DNA of 64,000 nucleotides from Lepidodermella squamata (lineage: Eukaryota > Animalia > Gastrotricha). Location of the stretch: NCBI GenBank assembly GCA_047495785.1, contig JBLDXI010000029.1:1488001-1552000 (forward strand), read 5' to 3'. This document shows, one piece after another, positions 49,201-60,625 of this stretch (its first letter is position 1; every line of letters starts with the position of its first letter). A program made the translations under genes and the position numbers. The notes below the pieces were generated by a model. It was not told the origin of the DNA. It worked only from the letters and a program-made list of their open reading frames with translations, and did no database searches.

Positions 49201-52200
49201 TTCGTAAATTTTCTCAATCACGACATGCATAATTGTTCAGAGGTAAGAAACGATAATGAATAACTTCAGTCAAAATGAAAATCAACGAGTTCCGTTAGAA
49301 AAGTGTATTTATGAGGGTCCGGTGCGTTGATCCTCCGCCGCTTGTAGAATTTCTCAAATCTAGCCTTCATTTTCTTTTCCAATTTTTTCCTCAATTTGTC
49401 TCGCCGCCGTCTGTGTTCCAAGCTGCCGAAAGCTAGTGATTTCGAATGAAAATTGAATCTGCGAGCCAGTCGGTGAATAGTTTTCCTCGGCCGACCGGCG
49501 GACATTGAGGCGAAAACTGGCTTCGTCTGAGAACCGCGCCGTTTGTTGGTTTTCCTACCTAGAATTCCTCTCCTCCTCTCAGGAATTCGCTTGTTTGATG
49601 CCATCGATTGACCGGAATGGATAGCCAGGTTGTAAGATGGGAAAATATTTTTAGGAATAGCCATTCTTTGCTTCACCACCTCGTAATTTTCGCGATCATT
49701 CAGCGCGGCTCCAGAGACATCTAAAAATTGGAAGAATAAATGTTACTTATGTCATTTAAAGATTTAACCCAGTTTCGTTGCTGAAATCTTTTTAATTCAA
49801 AAAAATTCTTTTTGAAACTGATTGGTGATTTATTCATGGTAATTTTGAATTAGTCAGCTCACCTGTTTGCTTACAGATTACAAGGACAAAAAGCATGAAA
49901 AACGTCTGCATAGTTAAATTGTAATCTTCTAAATTGAAAATGATTGAAAATCTTCTAATCGTTTGGCACTTTCAAAATCTGTAAATCGTCCGCCGTAAAA
50001 AGTGGGCTAATGGTTTTGAACTAATCTTCTAAGATCAACCTTTCAAATCTCAGATGAAATGGAAAAAAACACGTCGAAGTGCGAACTTTTGATTAGGCTA
50101 ATTCTTGCCGATTCCCTATATCTGAAAAAAGATGGACCCGTCAAATTAGCTGATTAAAGTGTTTTTTCGGCGGAATCGTTTAGTCACATGGTACGTTAAT
50201 GAGATGCGAGAAGGACATGTCGACCATCTTACTTCGATTAATAACGAGACTCGGCTAATTATCTTTCTCGAGTTTGCTCAGTTACGAGTTGAAGGTACCA
50301 TAAAAAGCAAAAAAAGTTAAATTTCAGAAGCTTGAAAAGGGCGATTTTAGTCGAAGATGACGGGTGAATGATCCTATAAATTTGGCATCGTTGGATAGCC
50401 TGTATCGAGGGCTCTCAGGAACAATATAAAGAATACAAATTAACCACTTGTAATTCGGCGAAAATTCGCCAAAATTCGCTAAAAATTAGAAAATTGTCCT
50501 TTTTGAAAACTCTAATTTCTAGGGAAAAAATTAATTTTATTTATTACTTGTTTTTAATCGTAAAAATTAATTAACCTAATTATTCTGTAATTAAATTAAT
50601 TTTTATTAATTTGTAATACCATTTTTCCATACTTTTTTATTTATTTTTCAATTAATTAATATATTTTTCAATTAAACATTTTTCAAGGACCAACTGTCGA
50701 TATAAATTCCCCTTCCAACTCTGCATTCGAGCTGAACTGCACGTTCGAGCGCAGCGATTTCTGCGGTTGGATCAACGTTCGACAGGTCGACGAATTCGAC
50801 TGGGTGCTCAACAGCGGGCGCACGCTGACACCCTTCACAGGGCCCGCCTTCGACCACACCCTGGGCGCAGGGAACCCATGGGGAATCTACGCCTACGCAC
50901 CCGCCTCTAGCAAATCGCCCGGAAACACGGCCCGGTTAGTCAGCCCGGCTTTGACCGGCTACTCAAGCGTTTGCCTGCGATTCTGGTACCACATGTACGG
51001 CAACGCTATGGGCACCCTGCGGATCTACAAACGGCTGATAGGCGGGCGAAATTCCGGGGATGTGTTGAGTTGGGAAATTTCTGGAAATCAGGGTACGTCG
51101 TGGCATCTGGGCGATGTTCGAATGGCTGGCAGTCCTCAGGAGGTTTTCCAGCTCGTCTTCGAGGCAACAGTCGGCCAGGGCTCGCAGAGTGACGTAGCCA
51201 TCGATGACCTCAATGTGATGTTCGACGAAACGTGCCAGACCTCGCCGAATTACCCGGCGTCTGAGGCGGGTCGTAATTCGATGTCGAACAGCATAGGCGG
51301 CGATACATCGCGGCCGGTTGATAGCGGCGACGGGGATGGCGATTGGCCGATGTTGGCGAATAATTTCAGGTACCGGCAGACCACGACCCGGCCGGCTATG
51401 ATGCCGTCTGGCCAGTTCTTGGGCCGCACTACGTCGATTGGGCGCACTTTCGGCCGCGTTTCTTCGTTCAGTATGAACCCGTATACGTACCAGAATCGAG
51501 CGATTACGACGAAGAGCCAGCCTAGCAACCGTAAGTCCTTTTGAAATAAGAAGAAATAAGATGAACCAAAATGGAGCCGTATCTCTACTCTTAGCCAGAA
51601 CATTTTACAAGCCATGAGAATAGTAATTAAGTATGAAACTTCAAAATGGGAATAAATGATTCGGGAAGAATGGAGTTAGAGCTGGTAAAACACGAACATT
51701 TCCGAAACAAATGCCATCCAATTTGGGGGTTTCGGGTTTTTTCTCCGGTAAATTGGCAATTTTTTCGATGAAATCGTACATAATGGGTTTCATTCTTTTA
51801 AGATGAATAACTTGCTTGCAAGAAACTAATACTTGGTATAAAAAAAACTAAGCACTTTGGTAAAAATATCGAAAATGTGCCCAATTCATTTGAAAAATTG
51901 TTATTCCTTTAGAAAATTCTGAAGTGATTCAAGCCTAACTATCCATTAAAAAATTCTCGTAATTGAAAAAAAATCAAAATTGTAAACCTCAATATCACAG
52001 CGGATGCACAGCTTGTTCCAAAATTTGCGCAATGATTTTTAATGTGGCAACTTTTTGTGGTAAATTAACTGGTTTTATTAAATTAAACCTACCGAGAGGA
52101 TATTCCATCTTTTATTCTTGATTCAACGGTAGAAATAACAAATTTTCGAGAAAAAACCCGGTAACCCCTATGGTAACTGGCTCGGTAATTTTCGGTTTTT

Positions 52201-55077
52201 CTCGGTTGGACCACTTTTTTCCGGATTTTTTGAATCCCATTTCCTAGTGACATACTTCATTACGTTTTGAATTTTTTTGGCCATGAGATTTGGCTCATTT
52301 AGGAGTTTCTGTACCCTTTTCCATGTATTTTCTGCTTACTTCTGGGACACACTGTACCAGTAAATGTTGGGGGAGCTTCAAAAATTTCCTTGAACCTTGA
52401 AAAATGTAAGAATGAATCAGGATTTCAAATTTCCGGAATAAGCAGCAATTCACTTTTGGTTGAGCATTTTCCTGTAAATTAGTGTCCGAAATTAATTGTT
52501 AGAGTCCAACTTGATGCAAATAGCTTCAAATCGGCAAAAATCGTGTGAAAATCGAAAAATCGATCCGATTTATAGAAATCACTTAGTCATTATAATGAAA
52601 TACCATAATTTTTGGAATAAAAAATAATTATATATCTCAACAATCACGGCCGCGTCCAAAATTATGCTGCTTTAGGAAATTGTTCGCTTGGGTAATTTGA
52701 TTGGGAATCGGGAATTTCCCCAACCTTGAGTTACCGATGTTCGATATTAGAATTATATTTCCACTGTAGTAATTTATGGAATTTGACTAAATTTTAGCCC
52801 TGTAAAACTACACGCAGGTTTTAGCCTTGTTTTTACAATCAACTCGGTTTTTTAGGCCTTATTCTTAACAGAGTGCTATAAACGTTTTATTTTCTATTTT
52901 CTAGAACAAATTTTGTTCTGCAACTTTGACGCAACAAACGTCTGCAACTGGGTTCAGGACGAAAGCCAGGACGACTTCGACTGGCAGCTGAACCGCGGCC
53001 TAACGCCATCCCGCAACACCGGCCCCATGGCCGACCGAACCACCGGCTCCAGCTCCGGGTCCTATCTCTACCTCGAGGCGAGCAGCCCGCGTCGAATGGG
53101 CGACCTCTCCCGGCTGAAGAGCCCGCTAATCACCAACCAGCCGCTAACAGGCTGCTTCCAATTCTGGTACAGTATGTACGGATCCGGCATCGGCGAGCTG
53201 CGAATTTTGACGACAAGCGCGGCGGATGGGTCGCGGCGCCTTTTGTGGCGCCTTGTGGGTGAGCAGGGCCCTGATTGGCTGCGGGGTCAAGTGTGGATTG
53301 ACCTCGAACCGAGCGGTGGGAAAATTTTCATCGAAGGCATAGTCGGCCAGTCGTACCTGGCCGATATCGCCATCGATGACTTGAGCTTCACGTCCGAGCA
53401 TTGCGAGACGTACCCGCAGCATGCGGGCATGATGCCGGATGAGGGCCTCACCTCGGAGGAGCAGCGCGACCCCCTGCCGACCCCGTCGACGGTGGATGAC
53501 GTTGTCATGCGGACGGTGACTGTCGACCCGGCGTCGGTTGAGATGATGGTGGTTGGAAGTGATGAGCCGATAACGGCGTGTTCGTTTTTGATGGGCGACT
53601 CGTGCGAGTGGCAGTTTGTGAAGGATGGCGATGCTTACTGGTACCACTCGAGGACTTACCCGTTGCAGGGAACTATGCCGCGGACAAGCAAATGTGAGTT
53701 GTTCATTTCAATTTGAAAATCTCGTAAAAAATTTGAATTTGGAATAGGTATAAAAAACTATAAGGGCTCAGTAGGCATTCAAAATTCAAAATTATCCATG
53801 ATCCGGAATAATAATACGAAATAAACTCGGAAGTTCAATCTATGAATAATCAAAAGTTAACGAAATTATCAACGATCGGAAAATTCGGAAAAACGGGGAC
53901 AAAAGGGACAAAAGGGACAAAAAAGTTCGAAAATTTGAATGAAAAATCAACGGATATTTTGGCCTTATTTTCGCTAGCCCAATCCGCGTAAAATAAAACA
54001 TGGAAACATTTTCGTCATTCCGGGTAAAATACCAAAATTACCGATCCAGTTGCCAGTCGGGGATTTCCGGGTGAATTTTTAATTATTTGTACTTCTTGAA
54101 TCGCGGATAAGAGACAGAATATTCTCTCGGTAGGTTCAATTTATTAAAATTAGTTGAAGTTTTCAAGAAAAGTTGCCAAATTCAAAATAGCTGCTTAACT
54201 TCCGGGACACGCCATACGAGCGTAGGTCGGGATTTTTGAAATGGCAGACAGAATTCATCCCTGAAATACGAAGAATTCACTGCCAAATTGAAAATTTAGC
54301 TTGTAATAAAGTTTTGAATATTAACTTTTGAAAAATATACGAACACTTGAGATGAATCAGAGTGATTTTCGAGCTTCATAGGAAAGTCTTAAATCAGGTT
54401 GAGCAAAGACCTAAATATTACCAAAAAACTTCAAGTTGAAAATTAAAATTTTCTGGTCTCATTTAATTTTTTTATGAATTTTTTTCTACAGTTACCGACT
54501 ACATATACATCCTCTCCGATTGGCTGCAGTCGTGGAAGAGCGTCTCTCTAGTCTCGCCCTACGTCGATCTTGACTCGTCGTCAATCTGCCTCAAGCTCAA
54601 CTACTTCATGACCAGCGCATCGGACTCCCTGACTGTCAAGTTCAAGTGTAAGTTCAAATTTCATTTCCATAAATGACCATGAAATGATTCTGAGGATCTG
54701 CGTGGTTTATAAACTGAATTTTTTTAATAATTACATGAAATTTCTCATTTATTTTTGGCTTATAAAATATACGGAATAATTAATCATCGGCTCAATTTAT
54801 TATTTAAATAATTGATTTATTTTCTTCAGATGGCGATGGCTCTGAGGGTGCCACCGTTGTAGTTGTGTCAAGCTCTTCGGCCGAGGCGAAATCCTCCGAA
54901 ATTTCCACGATTTCTGCCCCTGGCGACTACCCTCAATGGCGCCAGGTCACGCGAACCCTGTCACCGTCTCGGCCGGGCAGTTTCAAAGTCGCGATAGTGC
55001 TACAACACGGCCAGGCGTGGAACGGCGCCATCGGCATAGAATCAGCCAAGATACTACCAGGCCGTTGTCGGCGATAG
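43292..55077 (+). CDS. Secreted astacin (M12A) metalloprotease with five MAM domains (SP-MAM-pro-astacin-MAM x4), multi-exon
   Basis: Signal peptide; CQFEDDFCGW MAM; LFEQDI pro-segment; WPRGVIPY; CIRF; CYSFAG; spliced HELNHAVGFYHEHSRYDRD; YDYESVMHY Met-turn. MAM exons 45998-46818, 50688-51530, 52905-53693, 54492-54647 and 54830-55077 all join in phase 1. Confidence 0.9.
47433..47978 (-). CDS. Nested secreted Arg/Lys-rich protein A; exons 47978-47933, 47878-47433
   Basis: MNIFLAFAAFVLLYP|ALTRA signal peptide joined through a phase-1 GT-AG intron to the basic ORF 47433-47876. Confidence 0.75.
48499..48872 (-). CDS. Nested secreted Arg/Lys-rich protein B; exons 48872-48812, 48761-48499
   Basis: MTSFLTLAVIIILLASLNLK|ATA signal peptide, 50-nt phase-1 GT-AG intron, basic mature region (GYKKRRRNRL, TKKRRKP). 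Confidence 0.72.
49266..49911 (-). CDS. Nested secreted Arg/Lys-rich protein C; exons 49911-49863, 49720-49266
   Basis: MQTFFMLFVLVICKQT|DVSG signal peptide, phase-1 intron GTGAGC..TTTTAG. 39 of the last 137 residues are K/R by hand count. Shares motifs with protein A. Confidence 0.75.
52000..54230. repeat. Dispersed intronic repeat: forward copies ~45390-45720 and ~52000-52360, inverted copy ~53990-54230
   Basis: GTAACTGGYTCGGTAATTTTCGGT at ~45485 and ~52173, reverse complement at ~54030-54057. GGCAACTTTT...AACCTACCGAGAGGATATTC (52046-52107) is mirrored at 54117-54177. Confidence 0.7.
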
Positions 55078-55999
55078 AAATTAAACACACAAAAACCAGA
55101 AAAATTTGTATTTTAGCTCTTGCCTCTTCTTTGATCTTTCATTAAAAAAAGCAATTGGCAGCGTAACGATTGTCTACCTCGCTTTTTGGCAATGCGCACC
55201 TGAACTTGAGCAATTACTATTAAATTTTTTATACAAAAAATACCTTACGATCGAATTATACACGGCGACCACAAGGATGAAATTGTGCCAAATAATTTCA
55301 ATTTATTTGCCTAGTTTTTCTCATCTAGAGGCTCTTATGTAAAGTGTGTAAATTTCGGGCTGTCTGTTGTAAGAAATGTTCGAATCTACCTTAATCGTTA
55401 GAGATCGCTTTTACCTATATGATTGATTTCATAATCTATATATGTTATTGTTATAGTTGTTTTGCTGTTTTTAATGAAAGAGGAAAAGCGTGAACTTCAA
55501 GCGCGATAAAACGAGAGAAAACAATAAATTTACAGAAAAATATCAATTTTTGACGATTTTTCCCGTTTACCATTTTGCCCAGAGCATCAGCCCTGATGTA
55601 TGAAATATCACACCTATGTCATTACTATCATCCTGGGAAACGGCTGGATGCTTTTAGCGTGGTCGCTTTCAAACGGAAGACAGGCCACAGACAATGCATC
55701 CGCATCCGCATTTTCAGCTCGCGAACTATGGCGTGAAGGAAAAACAACGAAAAGAGCAGTAACCCTTGTTTTAAGGACGAGCTAACTTTACCAGGAGTAC
55801 TTGAATCATCAGATCCTCGAAACACGTCTCCTAACTAGTGTTAGCAAGAGTCATTTCCGGGACATCCGCAGGCAATGGGGTGATGTACATGTACAATTCC
55901 CGATATGCTCGCATGGACGAGAGTTGATGGATTAACAGTAGTAATTGAAAGCTAATACATCCACTCAGCTGTTTTTTCCTGAGGAAATACTATGCAGAT

Positions 56000-58381
56000 A
56001 TGACGCCAACGTCATCTTATATACAGATGGATGCTTTACTGACCCAGCATCACTTCGCAATTTGCCGAAAGATGAGGATTGTTAACATTTTGCTTATTCT
56101 CTCTCCACTACATCTCGCATTGACTCAGAACACGAGTACGCTGGTGATTCTGACCCAGTTGCCTTCGTCTTTTGAAAGATGCCACTTCGCGGTCAATCTC
56201 GTAGAGGAAATCGTCAACGAACACAATTTACTCCCTGGCTATCGCGTCAAATTTTTGATCAAAGACGAGCAAGTCTACAGTGGCAACGCCGCCGCAGAGG
56301 GTGTTAAATTCGCCGACCAAATACTGGCATCAAACAATACCTTCAAATCTCCGATAACTGTTGGCCCAATCGCCACCCAGGGTTGTAGAGCATGGGGCTC
56401 GATCGCGAATCATTACAACATGGTGATGATAGCTGGGTCTTGCACTGCCCCTAGCCAAACAGCCAGGCGCGATCTTTACCCGAATATGTACAGAGTTCGC
56501 GGCCCGGCAGAACTCGGCCTCGTCACTCGTCTTCATTTCATAAAACAATTCACACCCTGGAAGAAGCTGGCTCTAATCGTTGAGTCAGGTAATGTATTTG
56601 CTATTCAAACTGGAATTTTCTTCCATGACATCGCGACAGCTAACGGGATTAAGGTCCAGCCCTTCGAGGTATTTCTTGATATCAACGACGAGTTGATGCA
56701 ACTGCTGAAGAAAAATGATGTCAGAATCTTCGCGTTTGAACATTCAGACCCAGCAATGTCGCAACGGTTTCTTTGCCAGGCGTTCAAAAGCGGGTTCACG
56801 GGACGCCGTTTTACCTTCTTCATTCCATCTATTGCTTTTTTCGAGCCATCGCCAGGCCAGGCCTACCCAAGCGGCTGTTCAAGAGAGAATTACATTGAGC
56901 AGTTAAAATCAGTGATTGTCGTTGGTTCTGTCGATGTTGCACCTATCATGCCATCCCGAGTTGATGAATTAGGCATTTCGCAAGCGTCATTTGAGAGAAT
57001 TATCTCAGAAAGAGCGCAAAATCTGTCAAGAGTGGCCGAATCTTATCGCGGAAGTTGCTACGACGCCGCTCTTCAAGCAATTGTCGCTCTCAATGAAACC
57101 GAGAAAAAGCTTTCGAAGCTTAATATGAGCCTGAAGGATTACCAACAATATCCTGAACTTTTTATGAAGATAGCGAACCAAACTACTAGTTCAATACGTT
57201 ACGAAAGTTTGAGATTCAGCAATTTTCGTTACTCGCGCCGTTTAGAGTGGGACTACGAGCCCCAGGCGGTCATGACTTGGCAGCAGGGAAAAGGCTTGAT
57301 TGCTCGATACGTCGGAACACTGATGGCGAACGCAACGAATTTCAACGAGCCAAATATCATCACGTTCACAACAATTAGGCCCATCGACGCAAGTTCCCTA
57401 ACTCGTGACTCGCCTGCTGTTTATACTATAGTTACGGGGGTACCATTGGCCATTTACATCATTTTAACTATCACCGCAATCAGCTTTTTCCTTTTCCAAG
57501 TTATTTTCGTTGCGAAGAGACTCAGTATCGACAAAGAAAGACATAAAGTTATAGCGACCAACTTGCATTCGCTTATAAGTTACTTTTTTCTCTCTCTCAC
57601 CATTCCATTGCTTTCAATGCCCTTCAATTTTCGTTCGAACACGGTTTGCAATGCGGCGATTTTCGTTCTTGCTTTTGGTGTATCGTCATTTTCAAGTGGA
57701 CTAGTAATTCGGGTCATCAATTACCACGTCTTGTTACGTCGCCATTATGCACATGCACACAAGCCTGTTGGGTTAGAACGTATGCATTCAAACAAGACGA
57801 CATTTTCTATTGGATCAGCCAAGTCCCAAAACGTTCATCGAGTTGACGTTGAAATCAGGGGGGAACTACTTGCTTCATCTACGACCATTTACACAACTGC
57901 TGTCATTGTAATCGTTTTAGCTTGGCTATTCGCGGACCCAGTATTTGCTGAGTTGGTCTCTGATCCCATTGCTCTTTATGATGAAGTTGCCGATGCTTAC
58001 ATGATAACGCAACGGAAGATATGCCAATCTAAACGAGCATCTGCCTGGGTGGGAACTCTTGTCATTCTGAACTTCGTGCTGATTCTGTTTGGCTTGATTT
58101 TTGTGCTAAAGTTGCAAGCCATGGCGCAGTATTTGAAAATGTATCCAGAGGTGAAATCGGTTAATTTTTCGATGGGAATCACATCGTCCTTATTTTGTGC
58201 GTCTGCTGCCATTGGTTACATTATGGCCTCTAGCTTCCAATTTGACATAATTTTATGTGTATTCCTGCTGGCCACATCGGTATCGCACTCATTATTACAT
58301 CTGATGCGTTATAATGGAAGTAAGGTTGTAGCACCGTCACGCCCACAATCACGATTCGGAAGCCCTTTCAGGCAAATTTGA
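56000..58381 (+). CDS. Orphan class C GPCR, GABA-B-like, single coding exon (likely start Met 56072)
   Basis: MRIVNILLILSPLHLALT signal peptide; LLPGYRVKF, RRDLYPNMYR, FIKQFTPWKK, DVRIF, FLCQAFKSG, CYD, FRYSRRLEWDY shared with 23505-25826; 7TM. Confidence 0.9.
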   Translation: MTPTSSYIQMDALLTQHHFAICRKMRIVNILLILSPLHLALTQNTSTLVILTQLPSSFERCHFAVNLVEEIVNEHNLLPGYRVKFLIKDEQVYSGNAAAEGVKFADQILASNNTFKSPITVGPIATQGCRAWGSIANHYNMVMIAGSCTAPSQTARRDLYPNMYRVRGPAELGLVTRLHFIKQFTPWKKLALIVESGNVFAIQTGIFFHDIATANGIKVQPFEVFLDINDELMQLLKKNDVRIFAFEHSDPAMSQRFLCQAFKSGFTGRRFTFFIPSIAFFEPSPGQAYPSGCSRENYIEQLKSVIVVGSVDVAPIMPSRVDELGISQASFERIISERAQNLSRVAESYRGSCYDAALQAIVALNETEKKLSKLNMSLKDYQQYPELFMKIANQTTSSIRYESLRFSNFRYSRRLEWDYEPQAVMTWQQGKGLIARYVGTLMANATNFNEPNIITFTTIRPIDASSLTRDSPAVYTIVTGVPLAIYIILTITAISFFLFQVIFVAKRLSIDKERHKVIATNLHSLISYFFLSLTIPLLSMPFNFRSNTVCNAAIFVLAFGVSSFSSGLVIRVINYHVLLRRHYAHAHKPVGLERMHSNKTTFSIGSAKSQNVHRVDVEIRGELLASSTTIYTTAVIVIVLAWLFADPVFAELVSDPIALYDEVADAYMITQRKICQSKRASAWVGTLVILNFVLILFGLIFVLKLQAMAQYLKMYPEVKSVNFSMGITSSLFCASAAIGYIMASSFQFDIILCVFLLATSVSHSLLHLMRYNGSKVVAPSRPQSRFGSPFRQI

Positions 58382-58816
58382 ACTAATCTGCGTAGCGCAC
58401 TTCTTGGCCAAATAGATGTTTCGATCGTTCCCGGCCTGTTTAAAACACTGATTCATATCTTAATGTTACCTCTACATTCTCGTTCGTGGTGAGAATCATT
58501 AATAATATAAAGTTACAAATACCCTGCACGCAAAGCCTGGGGACCATGGTTTCGACCATCAATCATGGGAATAGTTGACTCATAAGCCTTATGATGATGT
58601 CTGATATCAAATGCTAAATGTCGAAAGGCAACTTGCATAAATAAAGACTATGATTATGACTATGAGAGAAAAAATGAATGGAAAATCCTTGGTTTTGAAA
58701 CACGTGAAGATTCAGTGAAATTCACGCGTGCGGACACGCTTTTTCTTGGCCGTTGCTGCGTTGCTGCGCCTATTGTTCCGTCCAGCTGGAAGCACGCGCT
58801 CTCTTGGCTAGTAGCG

Positions 58817-58849
58817 TATTTAAGACGCACTATTTGCTTCGATTCATTC
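58817..58849 (+). promoter_or_regulatory. Putative core promoter of the sHSP gene (TATA-like box + initiator)
   Basis: TATTTAA at 58817 lies 29 nt before the A of TCATTC (58846). A two-unit nGAAnnTTCn at 58705-58714 is only a partial heat-shock element. Confidence 0.4.
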
Positions 58850-58934
58850 ATCACTTGCTCATTTGAAATTTTCATTTCAAGCTTATTCGCTTTCTTTTCT
58901 TTCGCTTTCGTGTGTTTTCAAACTTCCGACTAAA

Positions 58935-60196
58935 ATGGCCGCCACCTACACCTTCCAACCGACCTACCCGACCGTCGCCCCGGTCTCCGGCTACGCCAGC
59001 CCGGTCAATGTCGAGAGCCTGCTCCGCAACAAGGTCGACATCTACTCGACCCTGAGCAACGAGCGCAGCCTCATCAACAACACCTTCTCGCAGCCGATCG
59101 TTGCCCCGACCCCGTCGATGATCAACGCCCCGGTCATGCCGACCCCGTTCGCCCGCGTCCCGACCCCGTACTCGAGCCCGATCGAGCGCCCGGTCGAGAT
59201 TGCCCGCGCCTACGGAGCCGAGACTGGCATCCAGCTGGCCCAGATCATCGCCGCCCGCATGGCCCCGATCGCCCAGCCGCAGTTGGTCCAACCGATCGCC
59301 GCCCAGTGGGGTGCTGAGATCTGCGCCCAGATCGCCGTCGAGCTCGCCCTCGCCCCTGTCGATGCTGAGATCACCAGCCGCCGCTGCGTCATCCGCGCTG
59401 CCGAGCAGGGTGCCCGCCTCGGTGCCACCGTCGCTCAGCGCCTCGCCTGCGGCCCGGTCGAGATCGAGCAGGCCGCTCGCATTGGCCAGGAGCTGTTCGC
59501 CGACATCTGCCAGCGCATCACCGCTCAAATCTTCGCCCGCCAGTGGACCGGCGTCAACCCGGCCTCGTGGATGACCTGGGGTCGCCCTGAGACCTTCGGT
59601 GCCAACACCTGGTTCAACGCTCCCGTCCACCACGACAAGCTGTACAACATCGCCTTCCGCCCATCCAGCGAGGTCGAGCTGTACACCCTGTCGAACCCGA
59701 TCCGCGTCATCGACACCGAGGGCAACCGCCAGCTGTGCCTCGTCTTCGCCCTGAAGAGCTACAAGCCGGAGGAGATCACCGTCACCCTGAACAAGGCCGA
59801 GCGTGCTGTCGTCATTGAGGCCGCCCACGAGATCAAGGACGGCAAGGAGCACCAGATCAGCCGCAAGTACTCGCGCAAGTTCGTCCTCCCCGAGGTACGT
59901 AGTTTCGATGAACGCTTTTATTCGAGCTATAACATTTTCGTCTTCTTTTGCAGACTCTTGCCAAGATCGACCTGACCAAGGTTGAGCTCAAGTCGTACCA
60001 GACCGCCGAGGGCTACCTGGTCGTCGAGTGCCAGCTGCCGAAGATGACCACCGAGGAGATCATCAACCAGTGCCCGGCCATGTCGCACATGCCCTTCTAC
60101 GGCCTGCCGATGACCGGTGCCTTCAACGCCCGCCTGCCCGCCTACCACACCGAGCTGGTCAACAACGTCCGCCCGGTCACCGTCAAGACTGCCTAA
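58935..60196 (+). CDS. Small heat-shock (HSP20/alpha-crystallin domain) protein with long N-terminal extension, ~400 aa; exons 58935-59894, 59954-60196
   Basis: FALKSYKPEEITVTL..VVIEAAHE..ISRKYSRKFVLPE|..ELKSYQTAEGYLVVECQLP is an alpha-crystallin domain. 59-nt phase-0 intron. Extreme C/G-ending codon bias. Confidence 0.9.
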
Positions 60197-60450
60197 GCGA
60201 GTGCCAGAACAGCGAATACAGCAACATGAGCATTGAAGAGAACTTTTCAAGGACTTGTTTGATGATAAATTATTGTGTATGATTCTTATTGATTCATGGC
60301 AAGCATTTTGAGAATTCCAAACAAGCAATAAAAGCAATGTTGCAAATCCAGTTTTGTGATGCAAGGTATGGTGTAGGGCCGGGTTTTAAAATCCATTGGA
60401 AAATTGAACAATTGCTAAATCGAAGAGGCTAACAATAGAAATCTGATATC

Positions 60451-60625
60451 GTTAGCGGCGCGCCAAAACAACCACTTAGATGATTCATTCGATCGTACTT
60501 GAAGTCGCCGAACGTAATGATAAAGTACGATAGGCCATTTGAGCACTGATTTTTTTCTACTCTCGATCGTACTATCCATATAAAATCTATAAATAGTAAA
60601 GTGGTTGTTTTGGCGCGCCGCTAAC
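60451..60625. mobile_element. MITE with 27-bp perfect TIRs
   Basis: GTTAGCGGCGCGCCAAAACAACCACTT ... AAGTGGTTGTTTTGGCGCGCCGCTAAC. Confidence 0.8.

Noticed and set aside
58872-59852. 326-aa antisense ORF over the sHSP gene
   Set aside because: Expected shadow of extreme C/G-ending codon bias on the sense strand; no recognisable motifs.
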